From Raillietiella orientalis (lineage: Eukaryota): 64,000 bases of DNA. A program made the translations under genes and the position numbers. Positions 51,289 through 64,000 of the stretch are shown here, piece by piece (position 1 is the first letter of the stretch; each line of letters opens with the position of its first letter). The stretch lies in the NCBI GenBank assembly GCA_036172245.1, contig JAYWIR010000005.1, positions 5,022,001 through 5,086,000 on the forward strand. Direction: 5' to 3'. A model generated the notes under the pieces. That model worked only from the letters and a program-made list of their open reading frames with translations. It had not been told where the DNA came from and ran no database searches.

Positions 51289-52933
51289 TGGGCCGTTAGT
51301 TCTTGAAGTACTTAGCGAACCTCCCCGCCAAAAAAAAAAGGATTTCCATCGATTCCCGTTGCCGCCAGATGAGAGATCTCGATTTCTATTTGGAAAGTGA
51401 TCCATCCTTGCCTTGGATGTTTGGCAACACCCACTCGCAATCTGCTTCACAGACCTTAATGAAGTTTGGATGGCAAACCCAAAACATTCGTTGCGGAAAA
51501 ATACAGTTGAACAAAAATACGATTTCTGATTGCTGCTCAGCTTTGAGATCAAACAGCCTCACGTCCAAAGGGATTTCCTCCCGGTGGATTCGGTTCCTTT
51601 GAAACTTCTGACGCGAATCGGCTTTTCTCATTGTACGTTCTGATGTCGAATCAAATGAGGGACCTTTCCTTTTGCATGCCGAAGTTCACTCGATCGCTTC
51701 TGACTGATTTTTGCCCAGCCTTCGGAAGACAATCAATTTTTCACGGATGCAATCGAATGTGCAAAATGTATCTTTGCGAAATGCGCTGTGGAACTTCAAA
51801 AATCATCCAGCCGGCATAGGAATATCGGGAAAGTGCGAATTGCGAGCAGGAAGACGCTTCTTCGCCAGCTCCAGAGACAAATGCTTGTTTAGTGCACCGT
51901 GAAGAAAATTTTTTCCTCTACTGCTGAAGGCGAAAGTTTACCCTGGATCGACTTGCAATGGCGACTCAGAGTCCGATTCAGGTCAGTTGAAGCATCTGTG
52001 TGTACCTCTCTTGCAGCGAAAAGCAGCCGCACGACATGGAAGCACTGAAGTAAGAATTGAAGATGTAGAAGAAGTCTTGTTCGAAAATTGAAAGCAATAA
52101 CAGAGCAGCACGCATTTCCATGGAAGAAGGAGAAAGTTTGACCTCTTTCATCTGTGTAGAAGAAACAAATTTAAGAGGGAAACTCGTATCAGAAATCGAT
52201 CACTTCACGATTCCCTTAAAACCAAAACTGATTCCGTGAATCAGAACCAACAGAATGGAATTTAAAACCGACGTAAAATCGCTAGTGCTCGACCCAAGAG
52301 AAACTCAAGCCAATGCCGTCATCTCACATCCTAAGAGATCGCTGCTCGATAAGTAAGCTGCCGTTTCCGCCGCCAATCGGTTCATACTTGCGCGGAAGTC
52401 ATTTCTGGAAGTCAGTACGATGAAACCGCAATCTCGGTTACACATCGCTACCGAAAGAGTTCATGGACCTGTTTTCAGGCTATGTACAAGAGTGATAATT
52501 ACCTTATTTAGGAACGCCTTAGGGATATCATGAGCTCTTGAGCTCTCAGCGAGAACGTAAAACCGAATGTGTTATGCGCCTTGAGGTTCAGAAGGTATTT
52601 CTTCCTTCCTAATTTTTGCGAATCACCCACCGTACTGGTCCAGGTTAGTCTCTCTTAGTCTTAAACATCATAACAAGCAGACGTCTAAGTAACCCCGCCA
52701 CTATGGAGGCTGTTTAGATTGTCAACTGGCAGAGGTGAAATGCAAAACTGCACAGCTGCAGAGAGTATAAGTAGGATGACACAAGGGTTCCAGAATTTCC
52801 AAGAGATGAAGTTTCTTTAAGATGTTACAAATTATATTAAAAAAATAAGGACTGAATGGCTCTGCCGCATCTCTTGGGCTAAAAAGTAAAATTGAGAATC
52901 TTCCTCTTCTGTTACTGTCCCTCGCTGCAGATT

Positions 52934-53600
52934 TCAGGCGTCGTCTGGAAGATGTCTTAGACGGCGCGTCCAGTAGATATCCCTACTGTATTGGAAACAT
53001 GAGGCGCCATAAAACTCTCCCATTTTATCTGCATGCAACTTCAGGATACCCAATTCGGGGATGATTCCATCGTTCCAAGGGTCCCGTGATCCTTGTGATC
53101 CTGCAATAAACGCACGGACTTGGGGCTGAAGACCTTTTCCTGCAAACAAAAGCGCGATTTCCTGATACTTTGTTTCCTTTTCGAATCTCATGATGCTCAG
53201 TGCTCCCTCCTTGTTTTCAAAGGAACAGGCGACTTCGAGGATAATTATCCGATCCGCCGCCTGCAACACCAGATCCGGTCTTGGGCTGGAACTGGACCCA
53301 GGCACAGTCTTGTTGGCCGACACTAACCTCCATCTGCTACATCTTCCGCCGCTGTTGATAGTCTTTCGACTATGGCATTATGCCTAGATGTGTATAGTTA
53401 ACATTGCCCCTCATACTCGGTCACATTGACTTAATTCATTAATTTTCTGCCCAAGAGTGACAATTACCCTATTTGAAAACGCTTCCATGGATATCACGGG
53501 AAGGAAATTGAATTCTCAGGTGACCTCTGGCTGGTCGTAAGTCACCAGTAACCTATCCGGAGGAGCCAGGATGAGATGTCATACCGCTCAGAGTTGTCCG
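52934..53600 (-). mobile_element. NeSL/Utopia-like non-LTR retrotransposon 3' end (CCHC end and RLE endonuclease), pseudogenised
   Basis: Minus strand: RHNAIVERL, then RPDLVL..IILEVACSFEN..EKETKYQ..AFIAGSQGSRDPWND..LGI..SRDIY. This is a clear PD-(D/E)xK RLE signature with the SRDIY C-terminal motif. Confidence 0.8.
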
Positions 53601-56418
53601 AACATCTCAAAGGGGCGTGAAAACAATATGCAGTCGACTTTAGAATTTTAATGGACTTTATAACTTTGAAGGGAATGGAGGATGGAACCTCCTTGCAGAG
53701 AATACCAAGGAGACTGTGTGTTCTACTCCTCTCTCGGTTTTAACTCTATCAGTCAAGTTTTCTGATTTGATTTCTGTTTGGAACGAAAAAGGACCTTCGA
53801 TGCACTCCCCTAATGAGCGGTCCCGACCGCTCCTGCGCTCACGAAGATTTCATTCTTTTGTGGTAAACTTTGCTAATTGTATGGAGCTGATGCATATCGA
53901 GAAAAGAGGGGGGATCTTGGACTGTCCAGAGTTAACACAAGAGCATTTTTCATTTAACCAAGTTTATCTGTGTCTGATTCTGGACCTCGAGGTGCTCTTT
54001 TAGTCTTAGGGAGTTCATTTGCTCCAATGCAGGTCGCTCGTTCAATGAGAATTTTTTCACCGCGCCTTCAATGAATTCAACAGCTGTACTTGTAGGTGGG
54101 TTGACCTTGCGTTGTCATCGTCACGCATGATAATCGACCACTGTCTGACCGCAGCATGACCAGTGAGCCGGTTGTACGGCACCTGGACACAGGCTTTCGC
54201 GTTGGCAATATTTCAACGAATCACCTCATTAACTTCCGGCTCTTGTCCCGTGATTCCAAATTCTCACGCAATGCCCCTACAGGAATCCAAGTCGCGCACT
54301 GCTTTTAGCTTTTCCTAAGGATGTCGGGGATCCGTCCCCTTTCCCTCGGGAAAGTGTTTGGGAAGTGCTCTTCTCAGATTCCGAAATATCGCACATCGGC
54401 ATTTTGCGGATTCTGCAGGGAATTTTAAAGGCGGTCAGACGCGAATCCCTTTGGCAGGGCTCACTGAAAGCTCTCCGGATTTGAATGCAGCATGCAGAGA
54501 TGAAGAGGAGAACAAGCCCGGATTTCGTTACATTTACAATTACGTGCAAAGCGTGTGGTATTTTGCCGAATGCCTGATTTCGGTATAAATAGTTTATCCG
54601 AAGCTTCAATCGAGTTTGATTTCAGTTTTATGGAAATGTTTTCCCAAAATTCGCTATGGTTCAATATCGGCAGAATAATTCTTCACTTAATCTATAACAA
54701 GCATGATCTCATCTGTGCTGATGCTTTCGTTCTGAGGCAACATTTGAATGCTTTGCCTGCCTTAATTTCTCATTTTCTATAAAAAATAAAATGAAATATA
54801 GGCTGCAGGTTCAAGGAGTAAGATCGTAGGTGTGTAAGGTGCGATCCGAAAAGACCAGGAGGACTGTACCTATTTTGTATGGCCTCTCGAGGACCAGTCT
54901 GGATCTGCTTTGTGCAGGGCTGGGAATTTCGAGGAGCATTCTTTCCCGTTCGTGGTTCTCAAAGACGGCGCTCTGTTAATGGGGGGTCGTCTTTGCTCTG
55001 TCAGTAGGTTGTTGTTGTTTTTTTTTTCTTCACTTATTTTCGGCGAAGAGAATTTTTCGATCTTAAAAGCGTGGCTGAGAAAAAAATTCACCGTTCGAGT
55101 GAGCCTTCTAAATCGATAAAGCATTCTTTTCATTTTTCTTGCAATAATCAACAAATGATACTTCGTATATAAAATCTTCATGAGAATAGAATGGGAAGAC
55201 GACTTCGAAGGGTAGCATCAATGAAGCACTTTCCTAAAAAGATGAGCCAACGCCGGATACGGAAAGCATAAAGGTGTGGTGCTCCTGGTAGTTTCGAGCT
55301 CCCTAATAATCCCTTTGGAAATGCTGTGAGTCAAAAATGATGATCAGCCATGCTTGTGATTATTAATGCCTCATGATTTCTCAATACGGTCTCAATCATG
55401 GATGCAAATAATAGATTCTCAGAGCAAGTCGTGAGAAAGAAAGAAAAAAGGTGCGCATGTTGCTGAATTGGGGATGCAGACACTTATGGATTTACGAGCT
55501 GCGTTTTTAGAATCGACTAGTCGGTACCACCGATACACCAGAATTTCTATGAGAATACGATTTCTGGAAGTATCAAGAAGGTGACCTGACTTCTGAGTCC
55601 AGACGACATGACTAAATCCTGTTCTCGCTCTCATGCAGCAAAGAGAATGCCGAGTTTCGAGTTATACGGTTGCTTCGAGAATTCTCCTTTAAGAATATGC
55701 AGCCACTGGTTCAAATAGAACGGGCTCTCAAGGTCTGCATCTCTCAAGGCCCACCCTACGTTTTAAACGGTGGTCTCGCGTAAACAGTCTGAGCACCCTC
55801 GGCATTATGAAGCAATACGCACGCTGTAGTAGGAATCAGGAGATTTGCCGTTTTTTTTTTTGTTTTTTTTGTTTTTGCGAGACATTCGAATGGTGCTAGG
55901 CTTCGTCTTCCGGCCATTTAGGTGCTATTATGAGAGTAAAAAGTCTTCATGTACAAGGAATTTGGAGTGCAGATATCCCTGCAAGGCATAACTAGAGCAG
56001 AAATTTCCTTAGCTTTCTGAGAACGGAAGATCATTCACAACGAGAAGGAGGTTCTTCAACCGCTTTCTTTTTTGTTTTTTCTTGTTTTTTAGCTTTCTCT
56101 TTGATTCCTGGTCGAAAAGCGAGCTTCAGCTTTGCAGATCTTGCTTTCCCAAGTGTCAAATTCTCAGGATTCTAAGAAGGAAGGGAGGACTTGTCCGGAA
56201 TACGCATCTTTGAGTACAATACCTGCCGCCAAATTTCATAGGGAGACTCACTTTTGAGTCATAATGCTTGAGTGAGTCATTTTTAGAGACGAGCCCCGCA
56301 GATGCCTGAGTGGCTTGACCTTTTGTTCCATAAACCTATTGAATCTAATCGTAGTCTCCAGCATTTGATTCAGGTATTTAATTTTACATCTGATGGAGCG
56401 TTTCGTTAAGAATATGGA

Positions 56419-57173
56419 ATCCTTCTTTTCTGTCTTCGCAGTTCTTCCACACGGTTCCACGCCACCCGAGGATAAGGGGTACCCTGGTAGGGGTCCCCTT
56501 ATGAATCCAGGAAGGACTCGGAGTTCGTTCCTCTCACGCCTGGGGAGGGATCCCCGGAAATGGAGATTCACCATGATTGTCTCCGAAGGGGAATCCAGAA
56601 GCGAATCCTCCTTCCTTATTCTCTCCGAAGAGACCTTGGAGAGATCCGCTCCAGTTTTCTTCTCTGAAGGGGAACCCGGAAGGGATCCGATCCTGGGATT
56701 TCTTCTATGGAGGGATCCCCTGCAAGGGATCCGCTCCTGTTTTTACTCCTCTGAAGAGAACCCAGAAGGGACGCTTCCGAAATTCAGAAGGACGCAGCTT
56801 CCCCGAAGGGACCGGCTCGCTTCTCTGCACTCTCTGGGGAGGTGGTGGCGATGCACCTACTCCATCAGTACGACGCGGAGGGTCTCCCCGGAATAGGGGG
56901 TCCGCTCCTTCACAACGGGAGGGGAAACTCCCCACTCTGTGATTCCTGGAAGGACGCGGAGGTCAATTCCCATTTGCCCCGGATTCATCGAGGGCATCCG
57001 ACTTCAACCGCTACCAGTGCCACACCCGGATGAATGTAGGCCAACCAGCGTCATCTTGTTGGGTGAACTCGGGACCCATGACGTACTGCGTCGGTTCCTT
57101 TGGAGTACTCGAACCCACGACGCATGATGCCACACGGGGAGACCACCGTAACCACACGGCCTCTGACGCGGGC
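56419..57173 (-). mobile_element. tRNA-headed SINE-like element with hairpin array, copy B
   Basis: The reverse complement is near-identical to 18237-19016 over long stretches (the ORF track shows the same pseudo-peptides), with a small deletion near the 3' end. Confidence 0.85.
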
Positions 57174-58289
57174 TTCTTCCTCGAACCGCACGCCTTCGGT
57201 TTGCCTGTCCAGCCACTGAGACATCCTGAATCTGAGCATCGGTCAAACAGGCAGACATCTGCCCGCGCAAAAAGCCATTCGAGGGACAAAAGTCGTCTCG
57301 TGTCTCCCAAAACTGCTTTTCTGACCCTTTCACAAGATAGTCCACACGGAATGTTGCAGCCCTTTCCGGTTAAATCAAGTTAAATCACATTCTACATGCT
57401 TCCACTGAGAAGAGCATTTTCCGAAGATGAATCTGCAAGAATTTTTTTCCTCTATCAGCTTTCACTTTTTCCCTCCGAGGGCACTTTTCCGTAAACCTCA
57501 ACGCAAACCGTAAAAACGGAACAACGATCCTCAACGCATGCTTGTTCGGAACGCTTTTCCCAGTGCAAGCTGGGTGGAAACTTGTGAGGGAGGAGTGAGC
57601 AACAAAGTGCAAAATCACATATACGACTTTTCCAGATGAAAAAGCAGGTACATTGAAAGCATGGAAACTCGGAAGGCAGATGATGTTGGAAAGCATGTGG
57701 CAGTTCTGGGAAGAGGTTTGACCGTTCTCTTTGGACAAGGATGCAACTCTTGCAAACACCTGTTGGGCACGCGCAGCCACTGATGGAGACGAATCTAACG
57801 CTAAAAAAAAGTTGCCCGTCATTGAGAAAAAAAATGCTCTCCGTTCCAGCTCGTCTTGGTGGGAATGACCTATCACGTGCGAGCGATGGCGACCGCCAAA
57901 ATGGGAAAAGAGAGTGGCCATCTTCCCGGTGATACTTTGCGACCTCCCTCGCCTACTTGCCAGCTGCATGTGATTATCTGGCAAGTAGTTAGGAAGCAAT
58001 ACACATCATTGATCTCGACTCGGCTGAGAAGAAGGCTGCAATAGTATCGATGCCTGCGGAGCCAATCCGTTCTCTTTCTACAATGATGAACTAGCTAGCA
58101 GTATTGCTGACTTCCTCGCAAATGTGGATAGATGCAAGGAGAGATGCACTGTTGATTCCTCGGCACCAAACTTTGGAAGCTGTGGAGCAGTTGTAAAAAA
58201 AAAAAATTAAAAAAACGGGATGGATCGAAAATTCTGCTGTAGTTTGGTGACCATTATTTCACGGGGAGTCTCCTAAACTAATCGTTACA

Positions 58290-59000
58290 GATGTGCCGAG
58301 TTACGCATCCACGACAGTAGTTTCTGGAGGCTGTGTGATTCCCAAAGACAACACCAATAAAAGAAGGCCAATAAAGGAATTTTCGGTCCGAAAGAGTCTT
58401 TATAGGCTTCTCGTACATGCGCGGTTGAAAAAGGTTGTTGATATTTCCGGCTCATTAAGCGAAATCAACATTACATAAAATCACTCGAGTGTTTTCCTTT
58501 AGGTTATTTACAGGGCAATTCCATTGTCTAAAGGTTCAAAGTACCAGTGTGTGACCACTGATTTCCACGGGATTTCATCCCGATGTCTTACGTCCCGGAA
58601 CGTCCCAACATTATGCATAAGTGTTTGGAAAGGCGTTAAGAAATAATCCTTGGGAAGAGACTTTGCAAAAAAGGGCACGGCCATAAAATGGGGAACTTAC
58701 GTGTGCCAATACAAGTCGGATCTGCTGCTTGGTTGCAGATGGTGCACGTTGCATGGTGCGAAAACTGCTCCAACAAGATGCGGAGTCAAGCACGGGTATG
58801 GGCATTTCTTCTGCTTTTATCAACGCTGGTTAATGGAGCTGGACAATGTTTTGAAGCCTTCGCACCCAGGGATATCTCCTGCATTCCAGACGTCCGATTT
58901 GAATTCAAGAGTTTTCCAGCGCACCTCCACGCTCACGATCCGGACACCACGAGTGCTAGGGAAGGTAATCTGAGCACTCGACTGCTACCAAAGAGATACG
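58290..59000 (+). mobile_element. Decayed non-LTR RT fragment with atypical domain-4 motif
   Basis: VIPKDNTNKRRPI..SLYRLL (LIPK..RPI..LYKL), then PTRCGVKHGYGHFFCFYQRWLME. Confidence 0.5.
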
Positions 59001-59719
59001 CAAGTAGATCAGCTCCATTCAAACAAAGCAAGAATTTCTCTGACGTTACAGAAGGCTAGGTGGTCCCAGAATTTTCGTCTTTCCACGACCCATAGCCCGG
59101 CCGAATAGACGAATCTGGCAGTTTGAAGAGGAACAAGCAAGATTTCACCCATCAAAAGGAGGCTGCTGGTTCGAACGAATGATCCTTCGACATGGGCTCC
59201 CGAGAAGATACGAGACGACCCGCGGCAGCACAAGGATGACCGCACGAAGGCTTCCTCTCTGGGGAAGCCGGCATGAACTCTAGGTAGCCTCGCGACGTTT
59301 CTCTGCAAAGACAGACTTGACGACGGCAGGTTTCGAGTTGCGCACTTTATATTTTGTGTTGACACGGCCCTCCAAACTACACACCAAGCATCATGTTCAA
59401 GGAGCACGGCACGTCACGAGGAAGGATGCGAGCGTGAGGAGGAAACTACTGAATGAAACTCGATTTTTTGTGTCTGCGGAGAGCGAAAGGAAACAGAGAT
59501 GTGCAAGAAATCGCATGTGCTTTCGAGTGCATTTTTCGTCTTTATCACGCCAACTCCTGGCACGAATTTCTGCACGTGCTCCAACGAACCTACGCAAGGA
59601 GGCTCAACACAACCGATGGCCTGATATCAGCCAGGTCGGAAATCCAGAGCAATGGCGGAAGATAGACCCGACTTGGCCGAGGTAACGAAACTTCGTCAGA
59701 AAAAACAAGATAAAAATCG

Positions 59720-60700
59720 TCACAAAGAGCAGGAAGATCTGGAGCATGGATGTGGCTGTGATGATCCCGTTTTTGAAAGCGTCCCTTGGATCACAGACAT
59801 ATGGTTGTACAGGCGGCCATAGACGACTGCGAGCAATTCTACACCTCCTGTTGCAGCCCGATGTCGAGGGAGACCACGGTCTTCTTTCCACGAGATACGA
59901 ATGATTTCGTGCATCATATGAAGAAGGCAGACTCCAGGTTCAAGGATGGGCAACCTACAAGTTCCAAGAACTCTGGCAAGAGCAGTAGGTAAAGGTGAAT
60001 CCCCGAGCTCTGGACGTGCAGCCTCCATCAAACGTCACCGTGCAAAAAGCCATGAATCGACGTGGTCAGGGTTCAAGCAACCTGTCCTAAACCCTGTTGC
60101 CATCGGGAGCGGTGCTATCCAGATTCCACTTGCCTCCAGAGATCCAAGGCAACAAGAGATTGATGTCAGAGCTTGCAGAGTTACCTGTCTCAATTAACCA
60201 GCGTTGATAGAAGCAGGAGGAATGTCCATACCTCTGCTTCACGCCACGTCTTGTTGGCGCAGCTATTGCAGCATGCAGTTGACGTTTTATCAAGTAGAGA
60301 TCCTGTGGAGCTCATAGCTTCGACATTGGACAGGGAACTCCAATTAGGGACGACATCTATGATGCGGGAGCAACAAAGATGACTTTCACTTCTGCAACTG
60401 GAAAAGGAAAAAGGGAACTGGAAAGTGGTGAAACGGGCCACTGAACTTGAAGCCCTGACCAAGATGGAAATCCTCCGAGGACTCTACGAAGGTTCAGGGA
60501 ACGTCTCCTGATGCAATCTCATATCGACAAAATCACAGTCTTTTCCATTTGGAGCACCTTCATAACGAGGAGAATACTCCGGAATGGTGACACACGTGAC
60601 AGCACGAAACATCCTGATGGATCTCCTGTGAGAAGGAATTGGCATCAGAGGCTGCAGAGTTCCAGTCTGGACCAAGGAAAAGGAAGGCGACTGATTGGAC
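59720..60700 (-). mobile_element. Decayed non-LTR RT fragment, same family as 58290-59000, opposite orientation
   Basis: Minus strand: PIPSHRRSIRMFRAVTC, then PTRRGVKQRYGHSSCFYQRWLIE; 73 of 89 nt identical, ungapped, to 58750-58838. Confidence 0.5.
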
Positions 60701-63700
60701 TAAAAGATCGAAGCACGCATGCAAATCTAAGGAAATACTTTCGTCCGGGAATTTCCTGCATACCAATCGGAACCGATCACTTGGCCTTGGGAGATTTTCC
60801 AGTTCCATTCCTCATTTGAGCTTAGAACAGGAAACCGGGAGTCAACGCCGACCCCATTATTTGCAAACCATTCCTTGCAGTTTCTTCAGACATCCGATTG
60901 CTTCAGATTCGTCCGGACCGCAACAAGAAAAAATGATTCCCTTTCCATTGACGTTTTGCTTGCGTAAGAGTAAACGAGAGATTAATGTTCCACTGAGTCC
61001 TTGAAAGTGTCCAGGTATATTGAACCAGGCCGCGTTGAGACAGACTCACCCCCAAAATTAGATAAGTGATTTCTCGTCTTCTGCAAAGCTACAACAGAAT
61101 CCGAAATGTAGAGACAGTTACCATACTCTGATTTGGTGGGGCCACTCTGTGCACTTTTCAGATTGGACTGCACTTAGTGATAGGTTATCAAGCACGCTTT
61201 GGGGGAATTAAATAGCCACTATCCAATGTTTACTTGTAACATATGTTAGTAAATTTTCTCACCATTAGTAGAAAATCATCCCAAGCAATGAGATAAACAA
61301 ACAGCTAGTGATGTGAATTTAAATAAGATGAGGACACAAAAGGGGTGACTAGAAGGTCATCTGGCCAATTTTTGGTCATGGTATTATTGAATGAAAGTTT
61401 GGATCCTGTGGACATTAAATCATTGGTCCTCTAGAGTGCCTACTAGGACTGTCTGCAGGTCAAGTTGCCTTTGTTAGCTGGATCAAAACGGTTGGACCAA
61501 GACTAGAAATCTTTTCGTTAAAAACCGTGCGAAGGTTTTGGAAAAAGCACCAAGAAGGAAGCAACGAACTCTTTAAAAACATTGCCAGTGAATTTGGTTT
61601 CTTTTTTTAATTTCTTAGCAAGGAAGACAAAAAGTTCCCCTTAATTGGAACAGCCCTGGTCTCGGACCCAGTTTGCCCTACCACGAAGACATTGCCATAA
61701 CTTAGATTCCAGGTACCTATTGGCGAGATTCGTCATCATGCCACGTGAAGTCACCAGTTGGATTTTCTGAAAGGTACACAAACGAATGGACGCAGTGGAA
61801 TTCCATGTTGTTTCCTCTGAAGGACCTCTAAAACCACTGTTTGCCAATTCCCAGTAATTTCTGGTGGCTTCACAACACCAGAATGAGGGAAGCAAAATCT
61901 GGAAACTGCAGGTATGTTAAAAGAGACCTCCGTATCTTCACCACTGGAAAAAAACAACTGGCAAATCAAAATGCAAAGTTTGCTTCATGAATCCTTTCCA
62001 TCCTGAAAATCTTATTCATCGCTGGAATTTTTCCTTCATCTTTTCAGGAAAGATCCTTTTCTTACGGCGAGATTCAGCTTGTTTTTCGAGTACTTGGAAA
62101 ACAAGCGTTGGATTTGGACGAATGACATGCTCTTTGGAACGCCCTCCTTGCTTCTTTCCCTTGTTCGATTGATAGAGGACTCCATGCGAGCGCCAGCAGG
62201 AGAACGACTGAATTTCTAAGAAATACGATTCGACTCGCGGGCATGTGAGTAAAATTGATCCTCGAGCATCCTGAAGCAGAGTTGGGATGCTCTTGCTGCG
62301 AGAGAAATCCCAAAATCGGAAACACACCGGTACAACTAACTAGGAAGGAGGCAGGTCTGGACATTCTGACGATGAATAAAATCGGGCTGCAGGTGCAGTT
62401 CCGAATGTTGGCACCCTATGCCAAGATGTGGACTTTTCCTGGTGTGCGCCTGCGCGGCTCATCCTTCGGCGTTGTCGGCAGCGAGAAACTTTCATCCTTG
62501 CTGCCACACTACTGATACAGGATGTGGGGATTCGGCTTCCCACTGAGGTAATTTGCCTCGCTGCTGGAAACCCACTCTTGGATCTTCTACAACCCAATGA
62601 ACTCAAATGCCTACTGGCAGGAGACGTTCGTGACCTGGGTTTCCACATTCGAAATTTGGCCCAGGAGTACTTCATCCTCTGCATGCCCTTTCACAATCTT
62701 CCACTGGAAGATGTTCCGAGGGACTTGACGAAGCCTGCCCGATTGGCCACCACACCGTGTGTAGCAGCGCTGTCTACCCTCAGGGCAAGCAGCAACGACA
62801 TTTGCCGATCGGCGAGGTGGGGGGATTCTCCTGCACTATTGCAGGACTTGTCGAACTCCTGGGCGGATGGAAGGCAGATGAACTAGTGGACACCACCACC
62901 CCGCGTCTTCGGGCTTTGGGGCTGCTTCGGTGGAGAGAGCTGTTGAGCGTGCCATTCGAAGAACTCATTGTCCTTCCTTTGTGAGTAAGCACTTCCGTAT
63001 TCCCTCGAATTGCAAACAGTGGAAGCAGTTTCTGCAGTAGCTTTCCAGTGCAACCAGAACAGGAACCTGGTTTCCGGGGGGGTTACATCCCCAAACTGCT
63101 TAAGACGAGGAGCAATTGAATCGTCCCCGGCTCTATTAGTCGACTGCACTGTCCTCCAGGAACTTTGGCAGCGGCTGACTGCATTACTGGTGCACAGTGT
63201 CTGTGGAGACTTCCAAGTGCTTGCTGCAGCGATTCTTCACCAGAGGCGGAGTCTCGACAGTCGCCGTTATCGCCACAGCCCTCCATTTGTAGGGATTCTG
63301 GGACACAACGAAGGAGGGTGGCACACTTGACAGCCATCTACATGAGGACGGCTGCAAAGTGGCCTCTACAGCATGAAGTCGGAGATCGCCAGCGTTCTGC
63401 GCCACCAGGAAGAAGCGACTCAAACCAAAAAAAAAAAAAACGTTCTCACCTTCCCTCATTTATTAATTTATTATTCCCTTTCCTTTCGCTTTGAGCTGCC
63501 CCAGCAAACGACCTGCGGATCAGTGAACCCCTCTTTTGAACTTTTGTTTATTGTGATTTGGGGAACTTCTTTTTTCAACTTGTGTTTATTGATAAGATAA
63601 ACACCCTTCGGCGTCACCAAGTGAAAAACTAGGGAGGGAGTGTAGGATGGGATGGTTTGTTTCATTAATAAATAAATAAATGAGGGCCTAGACTCACGCT

Positions 63701-64000
63701 GATGCTACACCAACTTCTTTGAATCCATTCACTCTGAACGGCACATTTTGCACGGCCTCTTTGCACATTTTCTTAAAGAATGCAATGAGCTGCCATGCGT
63801 CACATGTGGTGATGATGTCAGATAACCGATGGAGAGTTCTAGCCGGCAGTTACTCGCTCTTCCTCAATCTCATCCCTTCTGAAGAACCATAAGTAGATAT
63901 TTTCCCCCCTACTTAGCAGGAATGCCAGTGTGCAGGAATTCTTGGAATAGTGAAAAGTGCACCCCTTCCTAACAACAGTGCCTTCAACCGTTGGAAATGC

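Noticed and set aside
61640..63400. Retrotransposon N-terminal region on the - strand
   Set aside because: The composition is suggestive but no motif was clear enough to support a call. The same applies to 3900-4450, 7200-7900, 19450-20300 and 29800-31100.

Overview
Eukaryotic genomic DNA, not prokaryotic: it has spliceosomal introns, microsatellites and decayed retrotransposons. The KCNQ sequence suggests an arthropod, possibly a chelicerate, which is inference. The left ~24 kb holds the 3' (cytoplasmic C-terminal) exons of a KCNQ/Kv7 potassium channel gene on the + strand, with 50- and 59-nt micro-introns on either side of a ~15.8-kb intron. At ~34-35 kb, three in-frame exons on the - strand encode an unrecognised protein rich in dibasic sites and resembling a prohormone. 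Most remaining sequence is heavily decayed non-LTR retrotransposons (RLE-type R2/NeSL/Utopia-like, RTE-like and L1/Tx1-like). The most striking unexplained structure is a ~670-780 bp dispersed element present four times. It has a tRNA-like Pol III head, a long stem that covaries between copies, an internal array of about a dozen hairpins with purine-rich linkers, no TTTT terminator in any copy, and a 3' tail resembling an RTE ORF end. It therefore looks like a highly structured SINE or Pol III RNA family. No CRISPR, rRNA or intact tRNA was seen. Boundaries of the decayed elements are approximate, and all family assignments come from motif recognition by eye, not database searches.
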